DNA from: a bacterium
GTDB lineage: Bacteria > UBA8248
Direction of reading: 5' to 3'
Length of the DNA: 10,391 bases
Assembly (NCBI GenBank): GCA_965213685.1
Contig: CBDBZY010000054.1
Span: forward strand, 1-10,391
Shown here piece by piece: positions 6,942 to 10,391 of the stretch. Within the stretch, counting starts at the first letter, position 1. Every line of letters starts with the position of its first letter. The notes under the pieces are model-generated. The model was not told the DNA's origin and made no database searches. It saw only the letters and a list, made by a program, of their open reading frames with translations. The translations under genes were made by a program, and so were the position numbers.

Positions 6942-8075
6942 TTATTCGATCAGAACAAAATTGTTTCGATGAATGATCTCATCGTAGTCCTTGCCGCCCA
7001 GGATCGAGGCGATCTCCCCCGTCTGCTTCCCGGCGATGCGAGCCGCCTCCTCGCTCGAGTAATTCGCCAGGCCGCGTCCCAGAACCTCTCCGCGATCGTC
7101 GCGTATCTCCACCACGTCGCCAAAGCGAAAATTCCCCCCGACGGACACGACGCCGCTGGGCAGCAGGCTTTTCCCCCGCTTCACCATCGCCCTCACGGCG
7201 CCGACGTCGAGCTGCAGCCAGCCGCGGGCCTTGGCCGTGGTGCCTATCCACCCCTTCTTCCCTTTCAGGCGCGCGCCATTCGGCACAAAAAACGTCCCCA
7301 ACGACTCTCCCCCCAGGACGCGCTCGAGAATGTGGGGTTCCCGCCCCTTCACGATGAGGGTGCAAATTCCCACCTTGTTGAGAATCCGGACCGCCTGCAC
7401 CTTGGTGCGCATTCCCCCGTGGGCGAGGGGATTCGGGCTCGTCCCCGCCACCGAGGAAATCTCCTGGGGCAGCCCCTCCACGCGGGGAATCAGGCGCGCC
7501 GCCTCCGACGTCCTCGGGTCCGCGTCATACAGACCCGCCACGTCGGAGAGGATGACCACGAGACCGGCCTGGATCATCTGGGCCGTCTGGGCGGCCAGCG
7601 TGTCGTTGTCCCCGAAGCGGATGCCCTCCACGGAAACCGTGTCGTTCTCGTTCACGATGGGGAGCACCCCCTTGCCCATCAGCGTCTGGAAGGTGTTGCA
7701 GGCGTTCAGGAACCGGCTTCTTTCGTCCAAATCCGAATGGATGAGCAAGACTTGCGCCGTCTCCACCCCCCTGCGCTTGAACGCGCGGCCATACGCCTCC
7801 ATCAGGATGGGCTGGCCCACGGCGGCGGCGGCCTGGCGTTCGGGAACCGCCCGGGGGATTCCCTTCAGCCCCAGCCTTTTCACCCCGGCCGCGATGGCGC
7901 CGGAGGAGACGACGACCACCTGCCGCCCCTCCTCCCGCAGGCGCACGACTTGCGAGGCGATGCGCCCCAGCACCCTGCGGTTCACGCCCAGCTCATCAGA
8001 CGCCGTCAAGACGGAGCTCCCCACCTTGACCACGATGCGGCGGCTCTGGAGGGCGGAGTCGCTTCTGCGCGTCAT
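6942..8075 (-). CDS. proB: Glutamate 5-kinase with a C-terminal PUA domain
   Basis: RIVVKVGSSVLT, VVVSSGAIAAG, QAAAAVGQ, PIVNENDTV, FGDNDTLAA, LSDVAGLYDADP, GGMRTK, SLLPSGV, RGLANYSS, IIHRNNFV. ATG 8075 has SD GGAGG (8085-8081) and an ATGA overlap with the corrected obgE stop. Confidence 0.97.
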   Translation of the reverse strand: MTRRSDSALQSRRIVVKVGSSVLTASDELGVNRRVLGRIASQVVRLREEGRQVVVVSSGAIAAGVKRLGLKGIPRAVPERQAAAAVGQPILMEAYGRAFKRRGVETAQVLLIHSDLDERSRFLNACNTFQTLMGKGVLPIVNENDTVSVEGIRFGDNDTLAAQTAQMIQAGLVVILSDVAGLYDADPRTSEAARLIPRVEGLPQEISSVAGTSPNPLAHGGMRTKVQAVRILNKVGICTLIVKGREPHILERVLGGESLGTFFVPNGARLKGKKGWIGTTAKARGWLQLDVGAVRAMVKRGKSLLPSGVVSVGGNFRFGDVVEIRDDRGEVLGRGLANYSSEEAARIAGKQTGEIASILGGKDYDEIIHRNNFVLIE

Positions 8076-9132
8076 CGCTTCCTCCATGCGCTCTCCGCTC
8101 CCATGACCGCAACCGCGTCGTCGCCGGGCGCCCTGATCCGCCGGAGCATCCGCGCCATTTTCCCCAGCAACTCGTTCAGCCCCAGGCCCGAGGCGGCCGG
8201 AGACGCCGTGCGCCTCCACGCCGCGCGCCGCGAGCCCCTCGCGCAATTTCGAGAGGTGATCCCTCGATTCCGTAACGTCCATCTTCGTCAAAACGGCCAT
8301 GCGGGGCTTCTCCGCCAACCCGGGCGAGAACATGGAGAGTTCACGGGCCACCGCGTCAAAATCCGCGAGGGCCCCGCTCGGGGGGGCAGCGAAGCATCGA
8401 CCAAATGGAGCAGCAACCTGCAACGCTCCACGTGCCGCAGGAACTGGAGTCCCAGGCCCCTCCCCTCGCTGGCGCCCGGTATGAGACCCGGCACGTCGGC
8501 CACCACGCATGCGTCATAATCACCCAGGGCCACCACGCCCAGATTCGGCCGGAGCGTCGTGAACGGGTAATCCGCAATCTTGGGCTTGCTCTCGGAGATT
8601 CTCGAGATGAGCGTGGATTTGCCAGCGTTGGGCATCCCGACGAGCCCCACGTCGGCGAGCAGCTTCAACTCCAGCTCCAGGAGGCGCTCCTCCCCCGCCC
8701 TCCCCTTCGTGGTTCGCCTCGGCGCCCGGTTTGTCGCGCTTTTGAAATGCTCGTTGCCGAGTCCGCCCCGCCCTCCTTCCGCGATGACTACCTCCAGCCC
8801 CTCCTCGGAGAGATCGCACACGACTTCGCCCGTCTCCGCGTCCCGCACAACGGTTCCGAGAGGCGCCTCCAGCAACAGATCCGCCCCATTGGCGCCACGC
8901 TTGCCGCTCCCCCATGCCCGCCTGTCCCTTTTTCGCCCGCAGAAGCGGCTGGTATCGATAGTTCACCAGGGTGTTCAAGGAAGATGTCGCCCGAAGAATC
9001 ACATGCCCGCCCCGTCCGCCATTCCCCCCGTCGGGGACCGCCTCTCGGCACAAACTTCTCCCTTCGGAAGCTGAGGCAGCCGTCTCCCCCGCGGCCGGCG
9101 CGTACGCGTATTTTCGCCGTATCAACAAACAT
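8072..9132 (-). CDS. obgE: GTPase ObgE/CgtA, broken by four apparent frameshifts (probably sequencing errors)
   Basis: Segments in successive frames: [33 protein letters not shown] | [11 protein letters not shown]...KGQAGMG | [11 protein letters not shown]...[19 protein letters not shown]...[12 protein letters not shown]...DVPGLI...FLRHVER | ...VLTKMD...GVS | [11 protein letters not shown]...WRKR*. Breaks lie near 9033-9036, 8909-8913, 8372-8386 and 8197-8200. Confidence 0.95.
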
Positions 9133-9164
9133 GGCAGGAACGGAGGGCGCCTCCTCCCGGGAGG

Positions 9165-9422
9165 CTACTCCGCCGGAATGACGCTGATGGTGCGGCGGCC
9201 TTTGGCTTTGCGCTCAAATTTCAACTTCCCGTTCGCCTTGGCAAAGAGGGTATGGTCGTTGCCCAGCCCGACGTTCTCCCCGGGATGAAAGACGGTGCCG
9301 CGCTGCCTGACGAGGATGGTTCCCACACGCACGGTTTCGCCCGCAAAACGCTTCACGCCCAGGCGGCGTCCGGCGCTGTCACGCCCGTTCGATGAGCTTC
9401 CGCCCGCTTTTTTATGCGCCAT
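9165..9422 (-). CDS. rpmA: 50S ribosomal protein bL27
   Basis: [26 protein letters not shown]...[25 protein letters not shown]. No Prp-cleaved N-terminal extension. Confidence 0.99.
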   Translation of the reverse strand: MAHKKAGGSSSNGRDSAGRRLGVKRFAGETVRVGTILVRQRGTVFHPGENVGLGNDHTLFAKANGKLKFERKAKGRRTISVIPAE

Positions 9423-9436
9423 TTGTCATCATCCTT

Positions 9437-9754
9437 TCATCCCGATGCGAGGATGTCTGTGACCTCTATCTGGGTATAAGGCTGCCTGTGCCCCCGCTTG
9501 GTGCGAACCTTTTTGCGGCGCTTGAAGCGAAAGGCGACGACTTTTTTCCCGCGTCCGTGGTCGCGAATCACCGCCCGGACCTTGGCCTTGTCCAGTGCCC
9601 CCTTGTCCGCGACGACGGATTCGCCATCCACGATGAGGCGAACGTCGTCCAACTCGACAACCTCGCCGACGTCGCCATCGAGCCGCTCGACGAGGATGCG
9701 CTCCCCCGCCTCGACGCGCATCTGCTTGCCCCCGGTTTCCACCACAGCATACAT
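9437..9754 (-). CDS. rplU: 50S ribosomal protein bL21
   Basis: MYAVVETGGKQMRV...HGRGKKVVAFRFKRRK...GHRQPYT. ATG 9754 lies 9 nt after GGAG. Confidence 0.98.
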   Translation of the reverse strand: MYAVVETGGKQMRVEAGERILVERLDGDVGEVVELDDVRLIVDGESVVADKGALDKAKVRAVIRDHGRGKKVVAFRFKRRKKVRTKRGHRQPYTQIEVTDILASG

Positions 9755-9783
9755 TCCCAAAGTCTCCCCCCTGCGCGCCCCAT

Positions 9784-9806
9784 ACGATATTCGGACGATA
9801 TTCGGA
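9784..9806. repeat. 11-bp tandem repeat in the rplU leader
   Basis: ACGATATTCGG at 9784-9794 and 9795-9805, followed by A. Confidence 0.85.
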
Positions 9807-9860
9807 GATTATTATCAGAAAGCGACCCTCATCTCCGGCCTCGCGCCCGCAAAGAAGGGC

Positions 9861-9889
9861 TATCTATCAACCCGGCGGCCAAAAGTCAA
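9861..9889 (-). promoter_or_regulatory. Putative sigma70 promoter for the rplU-rpmA-obgE operon
   Basis: TTGACT (9889-9884), 17-nt spacer ending TGA (extended -10-like TGn), TAGATA (9866-9861). Same TTGACT-N17-TAG pattern as upstream of rpiB. Confidence 0.45.
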
Positions 9890-9934
9890 TTCCAGCACGC
9901 GCCCCAAAACAGACGCCCCGGGTTCGCTGCGCCC

Positions 9935-10337
9935 CTACCTCTTTGCTTTCCTTTTGACCAGCCGAAACGTCACCCGGTCGACCCGAAACGAGACGGGGGC
10001 GGCTCACGGGCAGGTATCCTTTTTTCTGCACCGATACGATGAAACCCTTCAGGATGTCCCGCATGTTCACCTTGAACTTGAGGCGCAACGGCGTTTTCCC
10101 CTGATACACGTCGTTGATGAAAACGTCGGCCTGCGGCGGATGCGAGGTGACGGTCAGGCGGCGATCATGAAATCCCGTCACCGGATTTTTGACGTTCCTC
10201 TCCCACCATTTCCCCAGTTTCTTGTTGGTTGTGGCGCATCCCGACATTCCGGAAAAAATCAAAAGGAGGAGGCCGAGAACAAGGCCAAGTCGCGGCACGC
10301 GCCCGTTCATATATTTTCCGTTCGCATTTCGAGACAT
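9935..10337 (-). CDS. PEGA-domain lipoprotein, with one probable frameshift near 9995-9999
   Basis: Basic N-region, hydrophobic core, lipobox MSG-C, and PEGA-like LTVTSHPPQADVFINDVYQGKTPL...VQKKGYLP. Removing one base from the G5 run gives ...RPVSFRVDRVTFRLVKRKAKR* (TAG at 9937-9935); the uncorrected ORF ends at 9867. Alternative start at 10310. Confidence 0.75.
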
Positions 10338-10391
10338 TGGTCAAACCCCATGAAAATGGAACCCGCAGGCGTTCCTGAAGTCGCCAGTCTA

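Noticed and set aside
6942-8510. 522-aa ORF suggesting an Obg C-terminus-ProB fusion
   Set aside because: It is a product of the obgE frameshifts. Correcting 8197-8200 restores the G5 motif (VSA) and a TGA overlapping the proB ATG, which has its own SD.
4237-8519. Long plus-strand ORFs (4237-5856, 6786-8519, 7231-8106 and others)
   Set aside because: They lie antisense to well-supported genes, as expected from stop-poor GC-rich codon usage.

Overview
GC-rich bacterial (diderm) core-genome window, mostly housekeeping genes on the minus strand. In transcription order: PEGA-domain lipoprotein, rplU, rpmA, obgE, proB, nadD, rsfS, a dksA-like gene and a LapA+TPR membrane protein; then, after a ~435-bp repeat- and hairpin-rich gap, rpiB and nrdR. 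A class III CoA-transferase (racemase-like) gene on the plus strand converges on nrdR and diverges from enolase, which runs off the left edge. No transposase, tRNA, rRNA or CRISPR array was found. Most notable: (1) nadD and rsfS are in one frame, separated by a single UGA in a C-UGA-G-G-C context; the UGA sits at the base of a long hairpin, and rsfS has no good canonical start (ATC initiation, translational coupling or UGA recoding are all possible). (2) The 3' end of the LapA/TPR gene is duplicated downstream with a synonymous stop, like an att scar. (3) The DksA homologue has only one Cys and is probably Zn-free. (4) obgE has four frameshifts and the PEGA gene one, all at short G/C runs and most likely sequencing errors. 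All calls were made by eye; no searches or folding programs were run.
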